In this document: in pieces, positions 20,505-30,917 of the stretch
Numbering within the stretch: position 1 is the first letter of the stretch
How the letters are laid out: each line of letters starts with the position of its first letter
Assembly (NCBI RefSeq): GCF_000014265.1
Contig: NC_008312.1
Location: forward strand, 1,740,001 to 1,772,000
Direction of reading: 5' to 3'
DNA length: 32,000 nt
From: Trichodesmium erythraeum IMS101
GTDB taxonomy: Bacteria > Cyanobacteriota > Cyanobacteriia > Cyanobacteriales > Microcoleaceae
Translations under genes and position numbers: made by a program
Notes under the pieces: generated by a model
What the model was told of the DNA's origin: nothing
Database searches by the model: none
Seen by the model: only the letters and a program-made list of their open reading frames with translations

Positions 20505-21014
20505 CTAGAAATTATTATTTTCAGGTGGAGCAAACCCGGGCCCCATATTTTTAAAGAATAGGTTTTGAGCGCTGTCATTTTGATAAATGCAATCAATCTC
20601 TGGTTCATCGTTAATATTTCCTGTATACCCAAAGGTATTCATCCGGTTTTTACAGTCACGCACTTGCTCATTGTTGACTAATTTTCTTTGTTGTAGAATT
20701 TCCCAGTTACTTCTGCGGATGACACATCCTGGTTTCAAACCAGGCTGAGATACATATACATTAAAAGGATTTAAAGTCAAGAAAACGCGCATATTCATTA
20801 CCATTGCGCTAGCTCCAAACTGTACACAAATTTCGGGGTTAGGTACGCTGCGATCTATAAATTCACTAGAGGCCATATTTTGTGGGGTAAAATTAGCAGT
20901 GGAGCTAAAGGCGATGCCAATGCCAATACCCAAAACAAATACTCCGCCTAAAATTGCCAGAGTAGCATAATTAAATCTGGATACTTGGCTGGTGGTTTGA
21001 TTTGTACGTTTCAT
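20505..21014 (-). CDS. Conserved cyanobacterial membrane-anchored protein (DUF3172-like, name from memory)
   Basis: The likely start is the ATG at 21014 (MKRTNQTT...), not the track start at 21059. There is one N-terminal TM helix (YATLAILGGVFVLGIGIGIAF), then a Cys-containing soluble domain (PNPEICVQFGASAMV...KPGCVIRR...RDCKNRM...IDCIY). Confidence 0.75.
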   Translation of the reverse strand: MKRTNQTTSQVSRFNYATLAILGGVFVLGIGIGIAFSSTANFTPQNMASSEFIDRSVPNPEICVQFGASAMVMNMRVFLTLNPFNVYVSQPGLKPGCVIRRSNWEILQQRKLVNNEQVRDCKNRMNTFGYTGNINDEPEIDCIYQNDSAQNLFFKNMGPGFAPPENNNF

Positions 21015-21144
21015 ATATATCGAAGTGTTATTATATTTGAAATTATCTGAGCAGAGCAACTATTGGGCCATTAATAATGGGAAAAGCTAGATGTATGTTT
21101 TTTCTAACATACAGCAAATTCCAAGTATATGTGTATGAAGTATA

Positions 21145-21221
21145 GTTAAACTAAGCCAGGTAAGTTACCCTACCCGACTCGTCTTCAGAACCGGACGTGA
21201 GGCTTTCACCTCATCCGGCTC
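21145..21221 (-). ncRNA. Group II intron domains V and VI (ribozyme catalytic core)
   Basis: Minus-strand GAGCCGGAUGAGGUGAAAGCCUCACGUCCGGUUC is a 34-nt domain V with the AGC triad, a GAAA loop and a 2-nt bulge. It is followed by AGACGAGUCGGGUAGG-GUAA-CUUACCUGGCUU[A]GUUUAAC (domain VI). Confidence 0.85.
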
Positions 21222-21242
21222 CTCTCTTAAACGTCCTTTTTT

Positions 21243-23076
21243 TCATAGGTACATCCCTGTTTTTAGAATCAACATATCATTTACCCATAGGTATTCATCA
21301 GGTAAGTCCTGTAACTTAGGTTTTGTGTATGTTTTATTATCTAAAGCAGTTTTAGTATCGTGGCAGTGTCGGTGTAGCAGTTGTTTATTTTTAACTGTGT
21401 TGTCACCACCTTCAGACCTTGGTTTTATATGGTCAATTTCCATAAGGTCGTTTGATCTGAAGGTTAATCCACAAAATGCGCATTTATTCTTTTGCCGTTT
21501 TAACAGCGTTGTTACTTCTTTCCTTATGCCTGGGTGTTTACCGATTCTACTGCTCCAATAAGTCCAATCGCCGTCATAAGGGGATTTATTGCCCTTTACC
21601 TTGACGTGTCTTTTTATAGCTACGTCTGCGTGTAGGTTAAGTACGTATTCGCCGTCATTAAGTAACCAGTTTCTGGTCTCTTTGCAGCGAGGGAAATACT
21701 TTTGTTTTACCCATTTGGCTGACTTGTTTGGATGCCGTCTACTTCCCCATCTCCATATCCTTTTCCACAGGAGGCAGTCTAATTTGCTGTATACCTCTTT
21801 ACTGACTACAGTGGAGAAGTAGTTGGCCCATCCCCTGATTATCGGATTTAGTTTAGCTATTAAAGCTTTCGTAGGGGCGGTTTTGTGGCAATCACATATA
21901 TCCGCCAACTTCCGATAATGAGTTTTAATACTCTTAGATGATGGCTTAATCAGTGTCTTAAATCCTTGTTTGGTTGTCTTGACTTTCCATTGCCTTATTG
22001 TAAATCCTAAAAAATTAAATCCGGGTTTGTTTCCTTCATATTCTTCCAGGGTGTGGGCAATTTTAGTCTTTTCTGGTTTTAGCTCTAATCCTACCTGGTT
22101 TAACCATTCCTGTATTAAGGTTTTTGCTTGTATTAATACTTTGATGTCTTTGTGTAGGATTACAAAATCATCTGCGTATCTTATTAAGGATAATGCCTGT
22201 ATGTTGTCATGCTTTCTCCCTGGAAGGGTTTTGGCAAATTCTTCTAAACATTTTTCCATACCGTGTAGGGCGATGTTTGCTCTTTCAGGGTGAGATAACC
22301 CCTCCCTGTGGCGTACCTTCCACAGTGTTTGAGAATTGTTTGTTGTCACACACTCCAGATTTTAACCATTGTTTGATTAATCGTCTGTATGGAGATTTTC
22401 CTATTTTTCTCAACAGTGCACCATGGTTAATTTGGTCAAAACATTTGGATATGTCAGCATCTAAAACATATTTTGATTTTTTGTTGATGCTTTTATAGAT
22501 GGCTTCAATGGCATCATGTGCTGACCGACCTGGTCTAAAACCATAGCTATTAGGCTCAAAAAGTGCCTCCCATTCTGGTTCCATACCTAACTTTACCAGT
22601 GCTTGAAGGGCCCTATCATACATGGTAGGTATGCCTAGTGGACGTTTTTCTTCTCTACCTGGTTTTGGTATCCAGACTCTACGGGTTGGGCTTGCTTTAA
22701 GATATCGTGACCTTAACATTTCTACCAAGTTAAATCTTTGCATTGGGGGAAGACTTTTTATACCGTCTATACCCGCTGTTTTCTTTCCCTGGTTGTCTTG
22801 CGTCACACGCCTAACAGCTAGCAACCTAGCATAATAACTTTTGGTCAGAAGTTTTTGATACTTACGCATTTTGCGGATTTCGCCACGGCTGGATGCTCTG
22901 TAAATTAACTTTTGCAACTTAAATACATATTTTTCTACCTTTTTCCAGTTAATGTCTTTCCATTTAAGGTTAGGATTGACACTACATAGGTCTGGTATAT
23001 CGTTTGTATCCCATGCTACGCTTAAAAATGGCTCAGGATTTTCTAAGTTTCTTTTTAGGGTTTTAGCTTTGTTCAT
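21243..23076 (-). pseudogene. Group II intron reverse transcriptase/maturase/HNH endonuclease, split by a frameshift
   Basis: The N-terminal ORF (22285..23076) ends ...TPQGGVISP*. The C-terminal ORF (21243..22349) continues in another frame with ...ANIALHGMEK...YADDFVILH..., an X/maturase region and an HNH domain (CAFCG...IDHIKPRSEGGDN...HRHCHDTKT). The conserved GVISP-LL-ANIALHG junction has 7 nt (TGAAAGA, about 22281-22287) where 6 are expected. Confidence 0.85.
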
Positions 23077-23842
23077 AGCTAGTCATTACTTTACATTACG
23101 TCTAACAGTGAGTACGTCTGCATCTGCAATGCTTCTTACTCAATCCTACTCTCCTTAAAACCTACAACTTCTGTGTAGATTGACCTTGAATGGCTTCCTA
23201 AGTTTTCGACCTATTTACTTAGGTGTTTTTAAAGAGGTTTCCTCGTTCCCTTATTCCTTTATTGCGATTGATTTAGTGGGGTAAATTCTCCCGGGGGTTA
23301 TGACATGGTTGTTGACATAAACTATACTATATTTATGTCCATTGGCCCCTGACCTTCGTCCAACATCCCATAGCTACCTTCGGAATGGTCCTTAATAACG
23401 AGAGTTTGATTACCTTCCTATTTGTCCACTTGTCAACCTTTGCTCGCGGTATCGTTCCTCGGTAACTGGTATTTTCCCGCTTTTAAACCAGCTTCAGGGA
23501 TTGATGTTCAATCGCTACCCTGTGGTCTACGCTGTCAACCTAACAACAAGGTGGATGGAATTACACCATCAAGGTAATAAGAGTTATTCACAAGTCGAGG
23601 TTTTCCTCATGTGGTGACTTGGAATGGTCATTTATACACAGTTTCCTGGTTTTAGTGACCAACGAGTCGCACAGTATATATGAAGTCCTCACCCCAGCAG
23701 GGGGGACTTCAATTCTACAACTATAAATTTTAGCAAGGAAATTATTAGTCTTGATTATGTATAAAGAAGTACAAAAGATATGGACTTTGATTATATTGTG
23801 ACAACTTTCAAGTTAGGAGTTTTTTATGTCAAAAGTATTAAT

Positions 23843-23877
23843 AAAAAAGTCAGATGACAAAAGAATCTGATTTTTTA
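23843..23877. terminator. Bidirectional hairpin terminator-like element upstream of clpS
   Basis: AAAAAAG-TCAGAT-GACAAAAGA-ATCTGA-TTTTTTATT. This is a 6-bp core stem extendable by A/T pairs, with an A-run on one side and a T-run on the other. Confidence 0.45.
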
Positions 23878-23964
23878 TTGATTTTTTTAGTTTAATGTTA
23901 AGTTTTATGTTATGTGTATACTATAACGTAATATTTAATTTATTTAAGTAAGCAGGATAGAATA

Positions 23965-24252
23965 GTGTCTATAGAGACTATAGAAAAACCTACCACTTCC
24001 ACAGTCCGTAAAACTGCACCCCATTATCGTGTTTTACTCCATAATGATGATTTTAACAGCATGGAGTATGTGGTGCAAACTTTGATGAAAACAGTACCAA
24101 GCTTGACTCAACCCCAAGCTGTTAACATAATGATGGAAGCTCACTCAAATGGTATTGCATTGGTAATTATCTGTGCTTTAGAACCTGCAGAGTTCTACTG
24201 CGAAAATTTGAAAAACCATGGACTAACCAGCACCATAGAACCTGATGAGTAA
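23965..24252 (+). CDS. clpS: ATP-dependent Clp protease adaptor ClpS
   Basis: 95 aa with a GTG start. YRVLLHNDDFNSMEYVVQTLMKTVPSLTQPQAVNIMMEAHSNGIALV is the canonical ClpS core. Confidence 0.9.
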   Translation: MSIETIEKPTTSTVRKTAPHYRVLLHNDDFNSMEYVVQTLMKTVPSLTQPQAVNIMMEAHSNGIALVIICALEPAEFYCENLKNHGLTSTIEPDE

Positions 24253-24286
24253 TTTTGTTCTAATTATAGATACCGGGCTTCTTTAG

Positions 24287-25177
24287 TTGGAAACTCGGTT
24301 TCTCCATCTCTTGTGGTTCTTGGCAATGTCTAATTTATTATTACTTCAGAAAATAGCGGAGTTTTCTGCTCCTACAAGAATTGTAATTTTTCTGAGCATA
24401 TTACTTTTGGTTTGGATGCCACTGGCAATACCAATCTATTTTTTGGTCGAAGATGTTAATCTACAGAGTATATGGACAATAACTCTTCTATACATTGAGT
24501 TTATTATTTTAGTCAGGTTATGGGGAAAGAAAGTATATCAGCAACCCCATCTATTATGTGACTACGGTTTAATAATAAATAGACGTAATTTTCAACTGTT
24601 TTTTCAAGGTTTAGGAATAGGTTTATTTTGTCTATTTAGTTTGTTGATATTAGAGATGTTTTTGGGATGGTTAGTATGGCTTTCACCCCCAGAAGATTTA
24701 CTAAAATTTATCTTTGAAGGTTTATTAGTTTCTGTAGGTATTGGTTTTGCTGAAGAGTTATTATTTAGGGGTTGGTTGTTAGATGAGTTGGAGAGAAATT
24801 ATCAATCAACAATAGTTTTATGGGTGAGTAGTATTGTTTATGCAGTACTACATTTTATTAAACCTATAGAAGAAATTTGGCGGACTTTGTTACAATTTCC
24901 GGGTTTAGTTTTATTGGGTTTAATATTTGTTTGGGCAAAACGTAGTAGTGGGAAAAAGTTGAACAAATTTACTAATAAGAAAGAAGAGTTATTGGGTTTT
25001 CCTATGGGTATTCATGCTGGTTTAGTATGGGGATATTATATTGTTAATGTGAGTGGTTTAGTTAAATATGATGATGGGGTTGGAGATTGGTTAATTGGAA
25101 TAGATGGTAATCCTTTAATGGGTTTAATGGGGTTGTTATTTTTAGGAGTGATAGCTTTTGGGGTGAGAAGAAGTTGA
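24287..25177 (+). CDS. CPBP-family (CAAX/Abi) intramembrane glutamic endopeptidase
   Basis: Multi-pass membrane protein with motif 1 FAEELLFRGWL (EExxxR) and motif 2 YAVLHF. The track start is TTG at 24287; the ATG at 24326 (MSNLLLL...) is an alternative. Confidence 0.85.
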   Translation: METRFLHLLWFLAMSNLLLLQKIAEFSAPTRIVIFLSILLLVWMPLAIPIYFLVEDVNLQSIWTITLLYIEFIILVRLWGKKVYQQPHLLCDYGLIINRRNFQLFFQGLGIGLFCLFSLLILEMFLGWLVWLSPPEDLLKFIFEGLLVSVGIGFAEELLFRGWLLDELERNYQSTIVLWVSSIVYAVLHFIKPIEEIWRTLLQFPGLVLLGLIFVWAKRSSGKKLNKFTNKKEELLGFPMGIHAGLVWGYYIVNVSGLVKYDDGVGDWLIGIDGNPLMGLMGLLFLGVIAFGVRRS

Positions 25178-26000
25178 TTTGTCTAAAAATTCACCTAATT
25201 TATGTTCAATTTGGCTCTGAATTATAAATGTTTTATTGTTGACGATTTCAGAAAAATAAATCATATTTCTATGATGTTTTTGGGGAATAATTTTATGGCT
25301 AAGAGATAATCCTAATCTCGTACTTTTGTCTTTGGTTTTAGCCGTAAAAAAAATATTATAAAGGCTTTTTTTTAGTTCCTGTGGTATGTCAGGTTGATTC
25401 TCTATAAATTTTAATTTTTAGCTAGTCTGGGGTGATAGTTTATGTTTTAATTTTAATTAAACTAGTTTGATTGTTTATATCTTCAATGGTTAGTTTTTGA
25501 TGATATTTATTAATAACATTATTGACATTACTAATATTTATCAAAATTTGTTTAATTTGATTAGGATAAAAATATATGATAGGTAAATATTTATATTATT
25601 TTATAACTTTAATTACTAATTTTTTTAGGATTAGCTTTCAACAATTAATGAAATTATTAATGTACTTTTAAGAGTTTTTTGAAGGTCTATTTTTGGGAAT
25701 TATGTTTGACTTACTAAGTGTTTATAAAGTAGTTAAATATGATGATAAATTAATTGCTAAACTGGAAAAAATATGAGGGTAAAATATATCTATTGGCTTT
25801 CAATTTTTCTAATCGTTATTGATAATAATCTGAACTTTTAAGTTCCTTTTCTATAGTTTTATAAGTACGACTTTAATCTTATCTATTTCACGGTATTTAG
25901 CTTTTTGACTAATATTTTAGACACTCTAGGAGCTGTTTGAGTTAAGGCTGAAATATCTTCAAAAAACTAAGCTTCTAAGTATAAAGTATAGCTGTGGTTT
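25142..26000 (-). pseudogene. Sensor histidine kinase relic with degenerate catalytic motifs
   Basis: A minus-strand open stretch with no start reads ENQPDIPQELKKSLYNIFFTAKTKDKSTRLGLSLSHKIIPQKHHRNMIYFSEIVNNKTFIIQ. It aligns with the HATPase G1-F-G2 pattern DNGxGIP...F.PFFTTK..GKGTGLGLSI...HGG, but the glycines are lost. Upstream are an N-box-like YPNQIKQILINISNVNNVINK and an H-box-like FFEDISALTQTAP lacking the His. All are interrupted by stops. The 3' end overlaps the CPBP gene end by ~36 nt. Confidence 0.55.
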
Positions 26001-26405
26001 GGGAAGCGATCGCTCTTTTTTGAGCTAGGGACGATGTTCTTGGGAATGGCGATCGCTATGGCAAAATTTTTTCAAGGAGTAAAGTTTTTAAAGGAGTAAA
26101 GTTTAGAGGGTTGAGCTAGGATAGAAAAAACCCTGTACTTTTATTCAATGAAGCTAGAACATAGTCGGAGGCAGAGCTGGTTAACTCTTGATTTCTAAAT
26201 CTAATGGAAGTTTTTTCCTGGTTTATGTGTGGGCCACTAAGCTACCTACCAGGTTGACTAGCAAGTTGAAGTTGAACACTCTGGGGTGGGGAGAATGTTC
26301 AATAGCAGCAGATATTTTTCAGTTGGTCGTTAACTGACTCAATTAATACCTGCTTCTGTTCCATAACTTTTTTCTGAAATCTATTGACGTTTTTTTCTGC
26401 TCCAA

Positions 26406-27149
26406 TTAGACTGACTCCTTAAAAACAAGTCTAACTTTTTGAACACCTTCTATCATTTGTAAGCCAAATTGACCAGGGGTAAATTCATCTGAGATGGTTA
26501 GAGTCTCTTGGTTATGTCTAGCAAACTTTTGTAAATCAATGACTTCTTTTGTTTCGTTTTTCCAAGGAATAGAAATAGAGTCTTTCATTAATTCTCCGTC
26601 ACTATCTCGTAGATTTTTTGACCATTGAGGATAATCTTCTGTTGGTGCATCTAACCCAAAGTGCATTGACTCCGGTTGTAAGTGAATATCAACGGTTTTG
26701 ATTTCTCCTTCAAATAAACAAAGTAACACATCTTTAACTAAGGTTTCCATTCGTAGTAGGGGTAGAAGGTTGGCTTCTGTGGGGTCAATTGCATCTAAAT
26801 TACTTACAACCTGATCATATCCATCAACCAGTAAACCAGGCCAACCAGAAACTACTTGCGATCGCATCATCATTCCACTAATTGTTTGATTTTGCTGACG
26901 CAGAAAATTGTTAAGTTCTGTAATTTTTTTATCGTCTGATAAATCACCTTTCGTAACACGACCAACACTAAACGCACCATCTTGTAAACAGTCTATCCAA
27001 AAAGAATCTAAACAGAAGAAATGGATAAATTCTTGAGGTAATAAGCCCTCATTAGGTACTAAATAATTAAAAGGAACACCTTCTAATAATCCTAACCTTT
27101 GAAACCATTTTTCAACAGCATTTGGGATAATACCGAGATTTACTGGCCT
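26406..27149 (-). pseudogene. 5'-truncated gene of unknown family (C-terminal ~247 codons open; no start for the first ~92)
   Basis: The frame of track ORF 26406..26873 stays open upstream to a TAA at 27150-27152 with no ATG/GTG/TTG. It reads RPVNLGIIPNAVEKWFQRLGLLEGVPFNYLVPNEGLLPQEFIHFFCLDSFWIDCLQDGAFSVGRVTKGDL...SGMMMRSQVVSGWPGLLVDGYD... Further upstream there are only short stop-interrupted fragments. Confidence 0.5.
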
Positions 27150-27823
27150 TTAACAGATGCTCCCACACTTTTGACTACCTTAAGACTACCCTCTGAATTG
27201 TCAGAAATTTTCACAACTGTAAGTGGTGATCAGCAGCTTGGTAGAACCAAAACGATTAACTGTTACCCTACATCTGAGAGTTGCTGTTAGTGTTGGAGCT
27301 GCCATTGCATAATAACCAGGCACAGTTAGCTGCTTGAACTATGCTGACCTGACGCCATATCAGTTATAGAACTCAGAGGATGGAGGGAACTGCACCTTGG
27401 AATACTTTCTCGTAAGCTAGGATCAAGCTTTTTTTGAATATGTACGCGACCGCATTTCTCAGACTATGAATATACCTGCTGTGCCAACTATTATTTACGT
27501 TCGCGGAGCGTAGCGTTAGCCGTATCACTCCTTTTTTTATTCCTTTGGTTGATCTTGGCAACTATAAATCATTGCCTACTCCATCATATTGAGTGGATAC
27601 ATAATAAATAAGGAGAAACAATGACTTTTTGGGATACTGCTCCCTAGCAGATGAGTAAGATAAAATTCCCCCTTTAGAGATTGAGTGCATAAGCTCATGT
27701 TATTACTGTTAAAGTGTTTAGAGCAATTCACTTTAAAGATATTAAACATAGTTTCTAACTTTCAAAATCAAATAATTCACTGAAATTCCTGTATGGTAAA
27801 AGTTTTGAGTTGATAAAATATTA

Positions 27824-27847
27824 ATGCATGAGTGCATGAATGCATCA
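27824..27847. repeat. Three tandem 8-mers (ATGCATGA GTGCATGA ATGCATCA)
   Basis: Read directly from the sequence. It lies in a non-coding stretch. Confidence 0.8.
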
Positions 27848-28005
27848 CTTCCGTAAAAGGTTATTAAAAGGGTATTAGTCTTGGTGGGTTACGGCTGACA
27901 GTTAAAATTTAGGTTCGTACATCATAAATATTCTCGCCTAACTCACCCTACTACCCCTGAATTTATTCCTTTTACCAGTAGTCTCTAAGAGCTTATTTAT
28001 AAAAG

Positions 28006-28068
28006 AGTTGTTGGGAAATAAACTAAAATAAACCAAGAAAAAATTCGCGAACTTGAATGCTAAATATT
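28006..28068 (-). repeat. 63-nt dispersed repeat, copy B (inverted relative to copy A)
   Basis: AGTTGTTGGGAAATAAACTAAAATAAACCAAGAAAAAATTCGCGAACTTGAATGCTAAATATT is the reverse complement of copy A (13722-13784) at 55 of 63 positions. Confidence 0.8.
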
Positions 28069-28285
28069 AGATTTGTTGGAAATTAAGCAAAAAAAAACAG
28101 CTAAAACCCAAAATAAGTTTAGGTTTATAGTGCTTTTAATGCTTAAAATCCTGAAAACCCTATTATAGAGTAATTTTTTGAGGATTTTCAATTTTCCCAT
28201 ACCCAACAACTCTATGATCATTTTTACTATTGGTCCCAATTTTTAAGGGTTACTTTAATCGTTTCAACCATTGTTAGTAAAGCTT

Positions 28286-28837
28286 TTATATGCGTGATAA
28301 AAATGGTTTTGCTAAAAATAAACTAGAGATTGATTTAGCATCTATAAATTCTCCTTCTAAGATAGCTTTTTCTAATTCTTGAGGAGTCATTAAAACTGTT
28401 TCCATATCTTCATCAATATCTTGTGCTGGAGGATTTTCTAACTTTTCTAAATCTTCCGCCAAAAAAGCATAAATAAATTCATCTGAATATCCAGGAGCAA
28501 GGGGAAACTCTCCTAATTTTTGCCATTTATTTGCTCGATAACCTGTTTCTTCTTCTATTTCTCGTTTAACAGTGTCAGCAGGATTTTCATTTTCCTCTAT
28601 TGTACCTGCGGGAAATTCTAAAATCCTGCCTTGAATAGCAAATCTATATTGTTTTACTAAAACTAATTTTCCATCTGAGGTAACAGGAATACATAAAGCA
28701 CCTCCAGGATGACGGATACATTCCCAGTCACCTTCAACTCCATTAGGTAGACGTAAATAGTTAACATCAAAGTTAAATTTTCTACCTTTATATAACAAAC
28801 GTTGTTTAATAATTTCAGGGGATTCTTGATTTTCCAT
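28286..28837 (-). CDS. NUDIX hydrolase (ADP-ribose pyrophosphatase-like)
   Basis: It has a complete Nudix box, GTIEENENPADTVKREIEEETGY (Gx5Ex7REUxEExGU). The likely start is the ATG at 28837 (MENQESPEII...), not the track start at 28873. Confidence 0.85.
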   Translation of the reverse strand: MENQESPEIIKQRLLYKGRKFNFDVNYLRLPNGVEGDWECIRHPGGALCIPVTSDGKLVLVKQYRFAIQGRILEFPAGTIEENENPADTVKREIEEETGYRANKWQKLGEFPLAPGYSDEFIYAFLAEDLEKLENPPAQDIDEDMETVLMTPQELEKAILEGEFIDAKSISSLFLAKPFLSRI

Positions 28838-29989
28838 AAAACATAAAAAACTCAACTTTAACCATAATATCATCTTTGTATAAATATAGGTTAAATGGTT
28901 AAACTTGATAGTTATAAATATTCTAATTAGTTTAAGCTATTTATTTTTTACTTACCCAGAAATCAATAAAATTGTAAGATGAGCGATCGCCAAAATTTTA
29001 TAAAACTTTTAGCCATATAATAATCCTCAATAGCTCAATTGATGCCCAGCATCTTCCCATGCCATGTTCAAATACTAATCCTTACTTTAAATTACTATGT
29101 GACAAGTCTATTAAATTGATTTTTTCTCAAGTCAAGGCAACTCAAAAAAAATTATATTAGCCAATTAATTTTTTTTTTAGTCATTAAATCAACTGTGAGC
29201 TTTTGACAGTACAAGTATTAATATAATAACATATATATCATTTTTAATAGCCTTTAATAGTAGAGCTATTTCTCTGGAGATAGATTAATCATACGAGGGA
29301 GAATATCGACTAAATTTTACAAACTTATGAGCGAAAATTACCATATATATATACCTGAAAAATTTTATATATTCTATCTTTATCTATCAGGCTTTTTAAA
29401 ATGAAAAAAATATATTTTTTATAGCCAGATTTTTTTTGATAAAATCACTTTTTTTTTAGTAATAAATATAAACACTGTAATCTCAGTAAAAAATAAAATT
29501 ATTGATTAATAAATTTCTCTTTAATTGGTGAAAATATAGGTAAATGAAAAAAAATAATACTAAATAATGTTGAATATACAGGAATAATCTCTATATTTAA
29601 TGGGAAGATTAAAACCAGCATATAACGTCTCTATTTCTACAGTTTTTTGAATATAAATTAACCAAAGTAATTTTTTTAATTTTCAACTTTAGTTCCAAAA
29701 AAATATTTAAATCTGATTCAGATAATCATAAAAATTGCAAAAAATTGCATTTAATTCGGTATATTTGTGTAAGTATAATTACTTCTTTTGACCATAAAAT
29801 GTATGTAAATAATGGCAATCTGAGTAAATGAAAGTTCAAGGTTTTTTTGTCTTCAGTCTAAATATTTACTCAAATTTTATGACTAACACATATAAGACAT
29901 TTGTATCATTAAAGCAAAATTGATTTATTACTCAATTTAATGTTGGGGTGTACTAAGCGCGATCGCTCTCGGTACATACTAATCAATAA

Positions 29990-30295
29990 TAATTAATCAT
30001 TCTTGCAAAAACCGCCATTTTTTTAGGTGAGTAAATATCCCACAAACCACTATCTCATAATAGTTTGAAAGTGCTTGATACCCCGTAATAGTTTCATCCC
30101 ATCCAAGTTTTTGTAAAGCTCGAAACATACCAATGTCAGTAAGAGTCACCCAATTTCCTGTTTTAAGTGTAAAGAATGCACATAATTTTACAATAGTAGT
30201 ATCTGGGCGTTCTGATACCAGTTGTTAGAAATCTAAATCTGCATTTATAGATGACTAAATCTTGGTTTCCCAGGTTTTAATGCTTCACTCATTGC
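29990..30295 (-). pseudogene. IS630-family transposase N-terminal (HTH) fragment
   Basis: The minus strand reads MAMSEALKPGKPRFSHL*. After a frameshift it reads ...QLVSERPDTTIVKLCAFFTLKTGNWVTLTDIGMFRALQKLGWDE, which fits the IS630 N-terminal pattern G.P.KL...PD.TL.EL....TG..VS..TI.R.L.KLG. Confidence 0.45.
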
Positions 30296-30917
30296 CATCT
30301 ATTATGACCTTATCGTAGAACTTACACAACTTAATTCCCAAAATTAGGCTTAATGCTTGATATCTAAGGGTTTTACCTCACAGCTATTGATAATGATGAA
30401 AAAACTACCCCTACTGCAATGCCCCCCTTGCGCGTGAAAATAGGAAGTCCGATCCCACTATAACTAAAGCTTTAAAAAGATTGATCATACAAGAAAAAAA
30501 ACTTACGACTATAAATTAAAAAGATAAAAAGAGAAGAAAAAAAACTGGGTGGCCACCCATCTGCGATAAAAGACCGAATTTGTATATATAGATGAATCAG
30601 TTATGGACAATAGAGAAGATTATAGTTATCAATGGAATGAATTAGGAAAAAAATATTAGGATTTCAAGTTAGGAAAAAAAGTATAAGGGTAAGTGTTATG
30701 GCAGTCGAAGTATAACACTAACAGTAAGTAAGAACTCAGAAGTCATCTATGACTGAATTTCAAGATTTAGCAATGTCTTAACCTTTGCTTTAAGTTTTGT
30801 ATAAGTGGTTTGTTTTAGAGAAAACTAGTTGCTCAATTGACACTTTTGTGGGCTCTTGTAACTATATAGTTTTTTAAAAATGGTTGAAATAAAAATTATG
30901 GCCACAATCAACAATAG

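Larger units (their letters stand above)
21145..23672 (-). mobile_element. Group II intron (about 2.5 kb) with an En-plus (HNH) intron-encoded protein
   Basis: The 5' end is GTGCGACTCGTTGG on the minus strand (plus-strand CGCAC at 23668-23672). The RT/maturase ORF lies inside. Domain V is at 21188-21221. Domain VI has a GUAA tetraloop and a putative bulged branch A 7 nt from a ...UUUAAC 3' end. The 3' boundary is inferred from that fold. Confidence 0.85.

Noticed and set aside
21325-23158. Six plus-strand track ORFs inside the intron (21325, 21589, 21970, 22193, 22622 and 22952 series).
   Set aside because: All are antisense to the RT/maturase reading frames, Leu/Ser/Phe-rich and without motifs.
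21145-23672. Classifying the intron as bacterial class C because it sits just after a hairpin.
   Set aside because: Class C introns encode proteins without an endonuclease domain and are shorter. This one carries a clear HNH domain and is ~2.5 kb. No U-run follows the hairpin.
27099-27561. Track ORFs 27099..27290 (+) and 27373..27561 (-).
   Set aside because: They lie in the stop-riddled region upstream of the truncated gene and over an IS-end-like repeat. I recognise no motifs, and the 27373 ORF spans a GC-rich segment (TTACGTTCGCGGAGCGTAGCGTTAGCC) that looked repeat-like to me.
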